Shown here: positions 14,922 to 23,355 of the stretch, piece by piece | How positions within the stretch are numbered: position 1 is the first letter of the stretch | How the letters are laid out: each line of letters opens with the position of its first letter | IMG/VR virus record: IMGVR_UViG_3300045988_092324 | Span: 1 to 34,786 of that record | DNA length: 34,786 bases | Direction: 5' to 3' (one strand) | DNA from: a virus | Position numbers and translations under genes: made by a program | Notes under the pieces: generated by a model | What the model was told of the DNA's origin: nothing | Database searches by the model: none | What the model saw: only the letters and a program-made list of their open reading frames with translations

Positions 14922-15216
14922 CTCGAGGGTCGGAGGCTACCCGATGGGGGTGACCGACGCCACGATAGAGCGCTGCTACGGCGGCACCCGTGAGCCTAGG
15001 ATGTGCGGGAACTGCAGGCATTTCTGCGGCAGCGACATCCACGCCGACTACGGCTACTGCCGCCTCGAGTTCGAGCGAGTCTACGACACGGAGGCGCCGG
15101 GGCGCAAGGAGGGCTTCTGGCGGCTGGCGCAGTGGGCCGTGGCGTGGCTCATGGGGAACCTGCTGTACTGCGAGGACGAGTGCGGCGAGTGCCGCGACTA
15201 CGAGGGGATTGAATGA
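14914..15216 (+). CDS. Small Cys-rich protein (100 aa)
   Basis: ATG at 14914 (MSDSRVGG...). Cys motifs are MCGNCRHFCG...YCRLEF...CEDECGECRDYE. Confidence 0.6.
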   Translation: MSDSRVGGYPMGVTDATIERCYGGTREPRMCGNCRHFCGSDIHADYGYCRLEFERVYDTEAPGRKEGFWRLAQWAVAWLMGNLLYCEDECGECRDYEGIE

Positions 15217-15608
15217 TGAACATCGACATCAAGACAGCCGACGGCAAGGACATCGAGTTTGGCGGGACGTATTACGACGGGGCGGGTGCCCGTTATCGCG
15301 TGACCGGTATCAGGGTCCCCGACCATCAATTTCTCGCCAAATCGAAGCTCTACTGCATCAAGGAAGGAAGCGGCCCCGTATTGACGAATCCAGGCAGTCT
15401 CTATCTTGCCCCACCGGACAGCCTGGAGAAGCTGAGAGACGATCTGGACAGGTATGTCCGCAATCCAAATGGAACCATCTGCTCGTATTTCAATCGAGAG
15501 AGAAAGGATTGCGATGGCTGTAAGTTCCGGAACAACATCTTCTGCATCAACGCCTTGGTGCAAGACATCGACGAGCGCGTCCACCGTCTGTGCGGTGATG
15601 GCAAATGA
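15213..15608 (+). CDS. Accessory protein, paralogue 1 (131 aa)
   Basis: ATGA overlap. C-terminal block PDSLEKLRDDLDRYV...C.YF....CDGC is shared with the next gene. The drop in GC begins here. Confidence 0.65.
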   Translation: MMNIDIKTADGKDIEFGGTYYDGAGARYRVTGIRVPDHQFLAKSKLYCIKEGSGPVLTNPGSLYLAPPDSLEKLRDDLDRYVRNPNGTICSYFNRERKDCDGCKFRNNIFCINALVQDIDERVHRLCGDGK

Positions 15609-16021
15609 TCAAGCTGCCGAAAGATGCCGAGGGCCGCGAGATTCCGCTGGATACCGAGGTGCTGTATGACGAGTGCGGAACAAAGGTGAGCGTGAAGGAG
15701 TTTCTATCCAGAACGTTGGTGGAGAGCCAGAAAACCGAATGGACGATTAAAGCCCAGTACGAAGGCAACTTTTACTACAACAGCTTCAAGCCGAAGAACA
15801 TGCACCTCACTCTGCCAGACACATGGGAGAAGCTGGAGGAGGACTTGGGAAGAGCGGCAGAACGCGATGTTGTTCCGACGTGCTGCCGATACTTCAACGC
15901 CGCCAACAAATGCAACGTTTGTCCGCTTTATGGCAGCGTTAACTGTGATGCGCATAGTGACGAGCGTGCATTTGAGAACATTCTCGACCGTATCCGCAAG
16001 CTGAGGGGCGAGGACAAATGA
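15605..16021 (+). CDS. Accessory protein, paralogue 2 (138 aa)
   Basis: PDTWEKLEEDLGRAA...CCRYF...CNVC...ILDRIRKLRGE parallels the preceding protein. Confidence 0.65.
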   Translation: MIKLPKDAEGREIPLDTEVLYDECGTKVSVKEFLSRTLVESQKTEWTIKAQYEGNFYYNSFKPKNMHLTLPDTWEKLEEDLGRAAERDVVPTCCRYFNAANKCNVCPLYGSVNCDAHSDERAFENILDRIRKLRGEDK

Positions 16022-16275
16022 ACATGACGCCATGCTGGATTTCCGAAATGCCCGGAGAGAAGACGAAAGCGCTGCTTATGGGTTTCTACCAAAAAGCGTG
16101 GACGCATGATGCATCGCCCCTAATCGGAGGGTTTCCCGCAGGGCAAATCGCGTACCCGGTCGCGGTCGTGCTGCTCGAATCGGGCGATGTTGTTACCGTA
16201 AACGCTGAATGCGTGACTATCGACTCGCCCGCAGAACTGTTTGAGCAGTACGCATGGATGGATGGTGAGGCCTGA
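16018..16275 (+). CDS. Hypothetical protein (85 aa)
   Basis: Overlapping start and stop, in the lower-GC island. Confidence 0.55.
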   Translation: MNMTPCWISEMPGEKTKALLMGFYQKAWTHDASPLIGGFPAGQIAYPVAVVLLESGDVVTVNAECVTIDSPAELFEQYAWMDGEA

Positions 16276-16460
16276 TGGACAAAATCAAGCTGAAACCCTG
16301 TCCGTTCTGTGGTGGCGATGCCGAGATGCAGCAGGGCAAGTATCAAGGTCTGTGCACCTTCTACGTGAGCTGCTTGGGATGCGGCGCACGGACGGACCTA
16401 GAGTACGCCGAGGAGTTCGCTGCAGATCTATGGAATGAAAGGGTGAGCTATGTTGAATAA
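16275..16460 (+). CDS. lar: Lar-family restriction-alleviation-like zinc-ribbon protein
   Basis: 61 aa. Hallmark LKPCPFCGG...C..CGA...A..LWNER. Confidence 0.7.
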   Translation: MDKIKLKPCPFCGGDAEMQQGKYQGLCTFYVSCLGCGARTDLEYAEEFAADLWNERVSYVE

Positions 16461-16779
16461 GCGAGCGATGATTTCACAGCCTATGGCTGGTAAGACAGAC
16501 GAGGAGATCGCGGAGGCGAGGGACAAGGCACACGCCAAGCTGCGCGAGATGGGCTACGAGTTCGTAAACACCCTGTTCACCGACGAGTGGTACAGCGACG
16601 AGGCCATGGAGGAGCGCGGCGTGGTGCAGGTCCCGCTCTGCTATCTCGCGAAATCTCTTGAGAACATGAGCCTGTGCCATGCGGCCTACTTCTGCAAAGG
16701 CTGGGAAAACGCACGCGGATGCCGCATCGAGCATGATGCCGCCGTCGCGTACGGGCTTGAGGTGCTGTATGAGGGTTAG
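16450..16779 (+). CDS. DUF4406 / nucleoside 2-deoxyribosyltransferase-like protein
   Basis: MISQPMAGKTDEEI N-terminus and C-terminal CKGWENARGCRIEHDAAVAYGLEV. The pattern is typical of this family. Confidence 0.5.
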   Translation: MLNKRAMISQPMAGKTDEEIAEARDKAHAKLREMGYEFVNTLFTDEWYSDEAMEERGVVQVPLCYLAKSLENMSLCHAAYFCKGWENARGCRIEHDAAVAYGLEVLYEG

Positions 16780-16975
16780 CAATGAAGAGCGCCGCGAGGT
16801 GGCCGAGAATTTGCGAAACCTTACAATCGGCTACTTCATCCAGTACAAGGAGCAGTTCTTTGACGAGCTCGCCGAGGTGGTGGTCGGCTTCGAGGACTAC
16901 CACGACTTCAATGTTGTCCTCGAAAAGCTCGCCGACCTCATCGACCCGGAAGGGGGAGGCGATGATTACCGATAA
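16769..16975 (+). CDS. Hypothetical protein (68 aa)
   Basis: ATG at 16769 (MRVSNEERREVAENLRN...). Preferred over the Ser/Thr-rich N-terminal extension of the overlapping 16782 ORF. Confidence 0.5.
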   Translation: MRVSNEERREVAENLRNLTIGYFIQYKEQFFDELAEVVVGFEDYHDFNVVLEKLADLIDPEGGGDDYR

Positions 16976-17363
16976 GCAGCGCCGCAAGGCCGTCGATTTC
17001 CTGCGCTCAGGCAAGTGCTTGTACTTTGCCGAGCACCGGAAAACGGAGCTCGACTGTAGCCGGTGCATGAAGGTGAGCACGATGCTTTTCGGCCACTACG
17101 ATGCACTTTGCGATTTGGACAGCTGCGGGACCGATACATGGCAGAGATTGGCAGACCTAATCGACCGCCCGACCTGCTACGACCTTGTCGAGCACAAGCA
17201 GGATCCGTTCATCCCGGGCAAGCGGATGGTCGACGGCTACTTCCACTGTTCCGACTGCGGATGGGATGGGCAGATCTGGGAGCATATCGGCTTCGGGGAC
17301 ATGCTTGCGTATGAAGCCGTCCATTGCCCGAAGTGCGGGGCCAGAATCGAGCGCCGTGCGTGA
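16962..17363 (+). CDS. Zinc-ribbon protein (133 aa), related motif to the 15213/15605 paralogues
   Basis: ATG at 16962 with GGGGGAGG upstream. Carries the TDTWQRLADLIDRPTC motif and a C-terminal HCSDCGW...HCPKCGA. Confidence 0.6.
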   Translation: MITDKQRRKAVDFLRSGKCLYFAEHRKTELDCSRCMKVSTMLFGHYDALCDLDSCGTDTWQRLADLIDRPTCYDLVEHKQDPFIPGKRMVDGYFHCSDCGWDGQIWEHIGFGDMLAYEAVHCPKCGARIERRA

Positions 17364-17445
17364 TGTGGTCCCCGGCTCTTGGTATGGTAGCCGAAGCAAA
17401 CCGAGCGCGAGGGGGTATGCGAATGGCGTGTAGGCCACCTGTAGG

Positions 17446-17467
17446 AGATGGGCCAAAAGGCCCATCT
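17446..17467. terminator. Stable hairpin closing the accessory island
   Basis: AGATGGGCC-AAAA-GGCCCATCT, a 9-bp perfect stem. No clear T-tract. Confidence 0.4.
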
Positions 17468-17485
17468 ACAAAGTCAACACATCCG

Positions 17486-17839
17486 TTGAGGGACGAGTGG
17501 GCGCTCCGGAAGGGGCGCTCCTCTTACGTCCTGTGGACCGACGAGATGATAGGGCGGATGCAGGCGCACCCGGAGCGGACGGCGGCGGAGATCGCCGCGG
17601 AGCTGAGGGTGACGCCGAGCGCCGTGAGGCACGCGCGGCAGCGGTACGGGCGCTTTTCGACCGGAACGGATGGGCTGTGCATCGTGTGCGACGCGCGGCC
17701 CGTGTTCGACACGTCGGCGCAGGCGAAGAAGTGGAGGCTGTGCAAGGGATGCTATCTGGCGGAGCGGAAGAGGCGGCTCGAGGAGGAGGCGGAGAGCAAC
17801 CGCATACGACAGGCCGCGCACAGGAAGAAGGCCGAGTAG
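17486..17839 (+). CDS. HTH plus CxxC DNA-binding protein upstream of terS (candidate late-gene regulator); start uncertain
   Basis: WTDEMIGRMQAHPERTAAEIAAELRVTPSAVRHARQRYG is an HTH pattern, followed by CIVC...CKGC. A TTG at 17486 or an ATG at 17546 are possible starts. The track start at 17324 crosses the hairpin and was rejected. Confidence 0.55.
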   Translation: MRDEWALRKGRSSYVLWTDEMIGRMQAHPERTAAEIAAELRVTPSAVRHARQRYGRFSTGTDGLCIVCDARPVFDTSAQAKKWRLCKGCYLAERKRRLEEEAESNRIRQAAHRKKAE

Positions 17840-17842
17840 CCG

Positions 17843-17874
17843 AAAGGCCCCGGGAAACCGGGGCCTTTTCTTTG
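17843..17874 (+). terminator. Intrinsic terminator
   Basis: AAAGGCCCCGG-GAAA-CCGGGGCCTTT followed by TCTTT. Confidence 0.85.
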
Positions 17875-17881
17875 CCCGTTA

Positions 17882-17940
17882 CCCCCTTTTTACGCTCGTG
17901 GGCAAACGCACGCGCTTGTCCACGTGCGTAAAAAGGTGGG
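17882..17940. repeat. 59-bp imperfect palindrome upstream of terS
   Basis: Arms 17882-17908 and 17913-17940 pair over about 27 bp with 3 mismatches. TTTTTACGC pairs with GCGTAAAAA and CGTGG with CCACG. Confidence 0.8.
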
Positions 17941-17987
17941 AACGTTCGCGTTTCCATATGGCTATCTAGCAGCGGAAACGTGATTTT

Positions 17988-18383
17988 GTGGCGGGAAAAG
18001 GGCGCGAAAAACTGACCAAGGAGGGCATCGAGGATGCCGTCCGCCTGTGCCGTGCCGGACTGACCGACAGGGACATCGCCGCATATCTCGGGGTCGCACG
18101 CGAGACATACAGCCGCTGGATCAACCACCCCAGAACCGACAATCAGCGTCAACTGTGTCACGTTCTAAAAAAGGCCGAGGTCGAGCGCAAGGCGACGCTC
18201 GTGGGCCGCATCATGGACGCGAGCGGCGACAGCTGGCAGGCGGCGGCGTGGCTGCTCGAGCGCAAGTACCCGCAGGAGTACGCCAAGGCGCAGCGCATCA
18301 TGGACACCACCGACACGGCGGTGCTCAAGGCCGCCAAGGAGCTGGTGCTGTCCGTGCCGTCCTCAATCGGCGGGGACGAGTAG
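17988..18383 (+). CDS. terS: Terminase small subunit
   Basis: N-terminal HTH (GLTDRDIAAYLGVARETYSRW) and the SWQAAAWLLERKYPQEY motif typical of TerS. Directly upstream of TerL. Confidence 0.85.
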   Translation: MAGKGREKLTKEGIEDAVRLCRAGLTDRDIAAYLGVARETYSRWINHPRTDNQRQLCHVLKKAEVERKATLVGRIMDASGDSWQAAAWLLERKYPQEYAKAQRIMDTTDTAVLKAAKELVLSVPSSIGGDE

Positions 18384-18386
18384 CCG

Positions 18387-19613
18387 ATGCCGCTCACGAG
18401 GATGCAGCGCGAGTACCTCGCCAACTGCACGCACCGCTACAACGTGAAGTGCGGGGCGACGGGCTCGGGCAAGAGCTACGTCGACATAGCCGTGACCATA
18501 CCGCAGAGGCTTCTCGCCATGAGGGGCGAGGGGCTGGCGGTGATGATAGGCAACACCCGCTCGACGCTCGAGCGCAACATCCTCGAGCCGATGCGCTCGC
18601 TCTACAGCGAGGACGTCGTCAGCCAGATCGGGCGGGACAACACTGCCCGGATATTCGGGCGCAAGGTCTACTGCCTCGGGGCGGACAAGAAGACGAGCGT
18701 ATCCAAGATTCAGGGCGCCACGTTCGAGTGGGTCTACGGCGACGAGGTCGCCACGTGGAGCGAAGACGTGTTCCAGATGCTCAAGAGCCGCCTGCGCTGC
18801 GAGCACAGCCGATTCGACGGCACCTGCAACCCCGACAGCCCCAACCACTGGTTCAAGCGGTTCCTCGACGGCGACAGCGACATCTACAGGCAGGACTACA
18901 CGATCTGGGACGGTGCGCTGGCACCGGATGTCATCGAGGCCCTCATCAAGGACTACGGCAGCGGCGTGTACTACGACCGCTACATCCTGGGCAAGTGGAC
19001 GCTGGCCGAGGGCCTGGTCTACCCCGGGTGGGAGGGTGCCCTAGAGAGCCGGTATGCGGGCGGCGCCGCCAAGTACGCGGTGTCTTGCGACTACGGAACT
19101 CAGAACGCCTTTGCGGCGCTTCTGTGGGCGTTTGACGGCCGTGTGTGGCACGTGGTGGACGAGTACCGCTACTCGGGCCGCGACACGGGGCACCAGAAGA
19201 CGGACGCCGACTACGTGGCCGACATGGCCGACTTCGTGCGCGGGCTGGGCAAGCCGCCCACGTTCATCATCGACCCGAGCGCCACGAGCTTCATCGCCGC
19301 GATGCGGCAGGCCGGGTTCAAGACCAAGAAGGGGCGCAACGACGTCGCGGACGGCATACGGGAGACGGGGGTGTGCCTGGGCAACGGCGCGGTGCGCATC
19401 TCCGACGCCTGCGCGGGGCTGATAGGCGAGCTCGGCGGCTACTGCTGGGACGCCAAGGCCGACGGCGACAGGCCCGTCAAGGTCGAGGACCACAGCTGCG
19501 ACGCGCTCCGTTACGGCGTGGCGACACTGCGCATGTACAAACCGCAGAAACAGCAGGTAAACCCGCTGTTCGATAGGGAAGGGAGGGGCCGATGGCAGAC
19601 GGCCCGATCGTGA
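18387..19613 (+). CDS. terL: Terminase large subunit (PBSX/Terminase_3-like)
   Basis: Walker A GATGSGKS. 408 aa, with a C-terminal nuclease-region acidic motif (VEDHSCDALRY). Confidence 0.92.
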   Translation: MPLTRMQREYLANCTHRYNVKCGATGSGKSYVDIAVTIPQRLLAMRGEGLAVMIGNTRSTLERNILEPMRSLYSEDVVSQIGRDNTARIFGRKVYCLGADKKTSVSKIQGATFEWVYGDEVATWSEDVFQMLKSRLRCEHSRFDGTCNPDSPNHWFKRFLDGDSDIYRQDYTIWDGALAPDVIEALIKDYGSGVYYDRYILGKWTLAEGLVYPGWEGALESRYAGGAAKYAVSCDYGTQNAFAALLWAFDGRVWHVVDEYRYSGRDTGHQKTDADYVADMADFVRGLGKPPTFIIDPSATSFIAAMRQAGFKTKKGRNDVADGIRETGVCLGNGAVRISDACAGLIGELGGYCWDAKADGDRPVKVEDHSCDALRYGVATLRMYKPQKQQVNPLFDREGRGRWQTARS

Positions 19614-21028
19614 CGGCGGCTGACATGGCGGCGGCGGGCTCGGCGGCGGGGTTCGCCGCGGACGCCGTGAGGCGCCACATGGCCGGCGAGATGTACCGCA
19701 ACGCCGTGGCGGCCAACGACTACTACCGCCAGCAGAACGTGACCATCAGCAGGTTCACCAAGATCGTGTACTCGAGCGCCGGCACGCCGGTCGACGACTA
19801 CACGGCGTCGGACATGCGAATCAAGTCCAACCTGTTCAAGCGCCTGAACGGGCAGCGCTGCTCATACTCGCTCGGCAAGGGCGTGAGCTTCGTCGACGTC
19901 TCGAAGGGCGGCGAGGACACCACCAAGGAGGCGCTGGGCGACCGCTTCGACGACGACGTGATGAAGATAGGCCTTTACGCGCTCATCCACGGCATCTCGT
20001 TCCCGTTCTGGAACCTCGACCACATCGACGTGTTCACCGCCGACGAGTTCTGCCCGGTGTGGGACGAGGTGAGCGGCGCGATGGTGGCCGGCGTGCGCTT
20101 CTGGCGCCTGGACCCGGACCACCCGTGGAACGCCACGCTCTACGAGCAGGACGGCTACACGCAGATGGCGGCCCCGGCCGCCGGCACGCTCGACTTCGCC
20201 GTGACGGAGGCGAAGCGCGCCTACAAGGTGACCTACGAGGAGGTGCCGGCCGACGGCCTCGCGCTGGCCGTTGACGAGGAGAACTACTCGCGCCTGCCCA
20301 TCGTGCCCGTGTGGGGCAGCGACGCGCACCAGTCCACGCTCGTGGGCATGCGCGGGGGCATCGACGCCTACGACATGATCAAGAGCGGCCTGTGCAACGA
20401 CGTCAACGACTGCGCGCAGGTCTACTGGATAGTCAACGGCGCCGGCGGCATGGACGACCGCGAGCTCGACCTTTGGCGCGCCAAGCTCAAGCTGACGCAC
20501 GTGGCGCAGGTCGACGCCGAGCAGGGGCAGGCCGCGACGCCGTATGTGCAGGAGGTGCCCGTGGCGAGCCGCCGCGAGACGCTGGCCCAGATAAAGGCCG
20601 ACATCTACGAGGACTTCGGCGCGCTCGACGTGCACACCATCGCCGCCGGCGCGACCAACGACCACATCGACGCCGCATACCAGCCGCTCGACGAGGAGGC
20701 CGCGGAGTTCGAGCGCCACATGCGAGAGGGCATCATGGACCTGCTCGCGCTCCAGGGCATCGAGGACACGCCGATCTTCACCCGCACGCGCATCAGCAAC
20801 ACCAAGGAGCAGATCGAGAACGTGTGCCTGGAGGCCGAGTGGCTCGACGAGGAGACCATCCTGCGCAAGCTGCCGAACATCACGCCCGACGAGGCCGCCG
20901 AGATTTTGGAGCGCAAGCGGCGGGAGCAGGAGGAGCGCATGGCAGCGCTGCCGCCGGCGCTCGCTGCCAACGCGACGGGGGCCGCGGGTACAGACGACGA
21001 CAGCGACGACGGGGACGGCGAGGAGTAG
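19592..21028 (+). CDS. Portal protein (SPP1 gp6-like)
   Basis: 478 aa immediately after TerL. RBS GGAAGGGAGGGG. Acidic C-terminus DDDSDDGDGEE. Confidence 0.88.
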   Translation: MADGPIVTAADMAAAGSAAGFAADAVRRHMAGEMYRNAVAANDYYRQQNVTISRFTKIVYSSAGTPVDDYTASDMRIKSNLFKRLNGQRCSYSLGKGVSFVDVSKGGEDTTKEALGDRFDDDVMKIGLYALIHGISFPFWNLDHIDVFTADEFCPVWDEVSGAMVAGVRFWRLDPDHPWNATLYEQDGYTQMAAPAAGTLDFAVTEAKRAYKVTYEEVPADGLALAVDEENYSRLPIVPVWGSDAHQSTLVGMRGGIDAYDMIKSGLCNDVNDCAQVYWIVNGAGGMDDRELDLWRAKLKLTHVAQVDAEQGQAATPYVQEVPVASRRETLAQIKADIYEDFGALDVHTIAAGATNDHIDAAYQPLDEEAAEFERHMREGIMDLLALQGIEDTPIFTRTRISNTKEQIENVCLEAEWLDEETILRKLPNITPDEAAEILERKRREQEERMAALPPALAANATGAAGTDDDSDDGDGEE

Positions 21029-21031
21029 CGC

Positions 21032-22762
21032 ATGGCCGCGGACGAGGCCCACGAGTTCTCAGACGCCGAGATTCGGGCGTTCGAGCGCGAGGTGGCGGGA
21101 GTGTACGGCGAGGCGGGCAAGACTGTATACGCCAACCTCAAGCGCTATCTGGCGCAGTTCGAGGCCGACGACGAGAAGATGCGCGGGCGTCTCGAGGCCG
21201 GCGAGATCACCAAGGCTCAATACAGGTCTTGGCGAAGCGGGAAGATAGCGGCCGGCAGGCGCTACCGAATCGTCCTCAAGCAGTGCGCCGAGGCCATGAC
21301 GCACGCTAACGTCGTCGCAGCCGCCGCCATCGAGGGCAGGCTGCCCGAGGTCTACGCCGAGAACTACAACTACGGCACGTGGCAGGTCGAGAGCGCCGTG
21401 GGCTGGGACACGTCATTCGCGCTGCAGGACGCCTCGACCGTGCAGAGGCTGCTCACCGACCACGACAGCTACCTGCCCAAGCCGTCCGTCAACGTCGCCA
21501 AGGACATGGCGTGGAACCGCCGGCTCATCGCCAACCAGATCACGCAGGGCGTGCTGCTCGGCGAGTCGATACCCAAGATAGCCAAGCGCATGCAGGACGT
21601 GACGGGGGCGAACCGCGCGGCGGCGGTGCGCTTGGCGCGGACCTCGACGACGGCGGCGGAGAACGCCGGGCGCGTCGACAGCTACAAGAGGGCCAAGGGG
21701 CTCGGCATCAAGGTGCAGCAGGAGTGGCTGGCGACGATGGACGGCCGCACGCGCTCGAGCCACAGGAAGCTCGACGGCGAGAAGGTCGAGGTCGGGGAGA
21801 AGTTCAGCAACGGGTGCCGCTATCCCGGCGACCCGGAGGCGCCGTATGCCGAGACGTGCAACTGCCGCTGCACGCTCATCGCGGCCGTGGATGGCGTGGA
21901 CTACAGCGACGGCAAGCGCTGGAGCAGGCTGCCCGAGGGCATGACCTACGAGGAGTGGAAGGCCGGCAAGCCCGCCGTCACAGGCGCCAAACCGGCCGAC
22001 CGCACCATCTCCGAGTTCATGGGGATGCCCGGCACGGCCCGCAAGCTCGACGCCGCTGGCGTGTCGCCGACCGAGGCGAGAAAGAGGCTCACCGAGCAGC
22101 TCAAGGAGTACGGCATACCGTCCGGCTCGTTCCGCAAGATGAGCGCGGGCGACCAGCAGAAGGTGCTGGACACGGCGCTGGCGACGGAGAGGGGTATCAC
22201 CTCGAAGCGACATTCGGCCCGCGGCTCGAAGGTCAACATGGACCTCGTGAAGTCGGACGGCTACGCCGCGAAGTTCTCGAAGCTGGACATGCCGAGGGAT
22301 GCCGCCGCGTCTGTCCGCAAGTCGGCGGTCGCCATGCTGTCGCACCGCTCTGGAAGCGATCTCGAGGACCTCGTCCTCGTGTCGAAGTCCGATGGCAGGG
22401 TGGTCGCGCGGAGCACGGCCGGAACGGTTCCGTTCGAGACCGCCAGAAACGCGGAAGTCGACAGGGCCATCTCGACACATCCGCGCGGAGACCTCGTCTC
22501 GGTCCATAACCACCCGACCGACCTGCCGCCGACGGGCAGCGACTTCGTCTCGGCGGGCTACAAGGGATACGGCGGCGGCGTCGTGGCCCTGCACAACGGC
22601 GAGGTGTTCTATTACGAGGTGGGGGACATTCCATTTAGAGTCGAGTCCTTCGACAACAAGGTCGAGAATAAAGTTAAAATGGGGACAAGCAGGTATGACG
22701 CCATTATCGAAGTCATGCGCGAGTTTGAGAGGAGCCATGGCATCAAATGGGAAAAGCTATAG
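21032..22762 (+). CDS. MuF / SPP1 gp7-like head morphogenesis protein with a C-terminal RadC/JAB-like extension
   Basis: The MuF core is RLARTSTTAAENAGRVDSYKRA...WLATMDGRTRSSHRKLDGE...ETCNCRCTL. The C-terminal 150 aa carry EDLVLVSKSDGRVVA...GDLVSVHNHPTDLPPTGSDFVS (HxH...T/SxxD). Confidence 0.85.
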   Translation: MAADEAHEFSDAEIRAFEREVAGVYGEAGKTVYANLKRYLAQFEADDEKMRGRLEAGEITKAQYRSWRSGKIAAGRRYRIVLKQCAEAMTHANVVAAAAIEGRLPEVYAENYNYGTWQVESAVGWDTSFALQDASTVQRLLTDHDSYLPKPSVNVAKDMAWNRRLIANQITQGVLLGESIPKIAKRMQDVTGANRAAAVRLARTSTTAAENAGRVDSYKRAKGLGIKVQQEWLATMDGRTRSSHRKLDGEKVEVGEKFSNGCRYPGDPEAPYAETCNCRCTLIAAVDGVDYSDGKRWSRLPEGMTYEEWKAGKPAVTGAKPADRTISEFMGMPGTARKLDAAGVSPTEARKRLTEQLKEYGIPSGSFRKMSAGDQQKVLDTALATERGITSKRHSARGSKVNMDLVKSDGYAAKFSKLDMPRDAAASVRKSAVAMLSHRSGSDLEDLVLVSKSDGRVVARSTAGTVPFETARNAEVDRAISTHPRGDLVSVHNHPTDLPPTGSDFVSAGYKGYGGGVVALHNGEVFYYEVGDIPFRVESFDNKVENKVKMGTSRYDAIIEVMREFERSHGIKWEKL

Positions 22763-22938
22763 ACTATGACTCCTTTGGGGTCGACGACCGACCGGATAGG
22801 CTCTCCGACGTTCCCGATGAGGCCCTCGAAGCCCTGCTCGAGGACGAGCGCCAAAATCCGCCGAAAACATGGGAAGAGGCATGGCGCCGCAGCATCGACT
22901 GGGAGCTCGAGCACGGCGTCAGGAGCACTAATGGCTAA
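22747..22938 (+). CDS. Small acidic protein (63 aa)
   Basis: RBS GAGAGGAG. Overlaps the MuF 3' end by 16 nt. Highly acidic (DVPDEALEALLEDERQ). Confidence 0.6.
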   Translation: MGKAIDYDSFGVDDRPDRLSDVPDEALEALLEDERQNPPKTWEEAWRRSIDWELEHGVRSTNG

Positions 22939-23272
22939 GAACGACTACCACGTGATCGTCTACCGCATCCTCCTGTACCTCTATACGTGCCTGAAGGGCG
23001 GGGAGGACGTCGACCCCAAGAGGCTCGACGAGATCGCCCTCGCCGCAGGCGCGAACGAGCGGTACTGGCACTACATCCTGTGCAGCCTGCTCGACTACGG
23101 ATTCATCTCGGGGGCGGTCAGGGTCGAGGTCGACAACACGTTCGACCGCGTCTACGGCCTCGACGGCGCCTGCATCACGCCCCGCGGCATCGAGTACCTG
23201 ACCGACAACTCCTTCATGGCCAAGGTGAGGAAGTTCCTCAAGGAGGCCAAGGACATAGACCCGTTCATCTGA
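22931..23272 (+). CDS. YjcQ-like winged-helix protein (113 aa)
   Basis: ATG at 22931 with AGGAG upstream. ITPRGIEYLTDNSFMAKVRKFLKE matches the YjcQ-family C-terminal pattern. Confidence 0.65.
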   Translation: MAKNDYHVIVYRILLYLYTCLKGGEDVDPKRLDEIALAAGANERYWHYILCSLLDYGFISGAVRVEVDNTFDRVYGLDGACITPRGIEYLTDNSFMAKVRKFLKEAKDIDPFI

Positions 23273-23278
23273 CTGTGA

Positions 23279-23304
23279 GGCCCCGCCGTGGCGGGGCCTT
23301 TTCC
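23279..23304 (+). terminator. Intrinsic terminator inside the head module
   Basis: GGCCCCGC-CGTG-GCGGGGCC followed by TTTTCC. Confidence 0.8.
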
Positions 23305-23355
23305 ATGCCGCGTGACCGCGGCGGGAACATCCTCCCAGACGCGAGGGAGGACCCC

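Noticed and set aside
16782-16961. N-terminal 60 codons of track ORF 16782-17363.
   Set aside because: The translation is Ser/Thr/Arg-rich and low in complexity. It overlaps the better-looking ORF 16769-16975 in another frame. A good RBS precedes the internal ATG at 16962.
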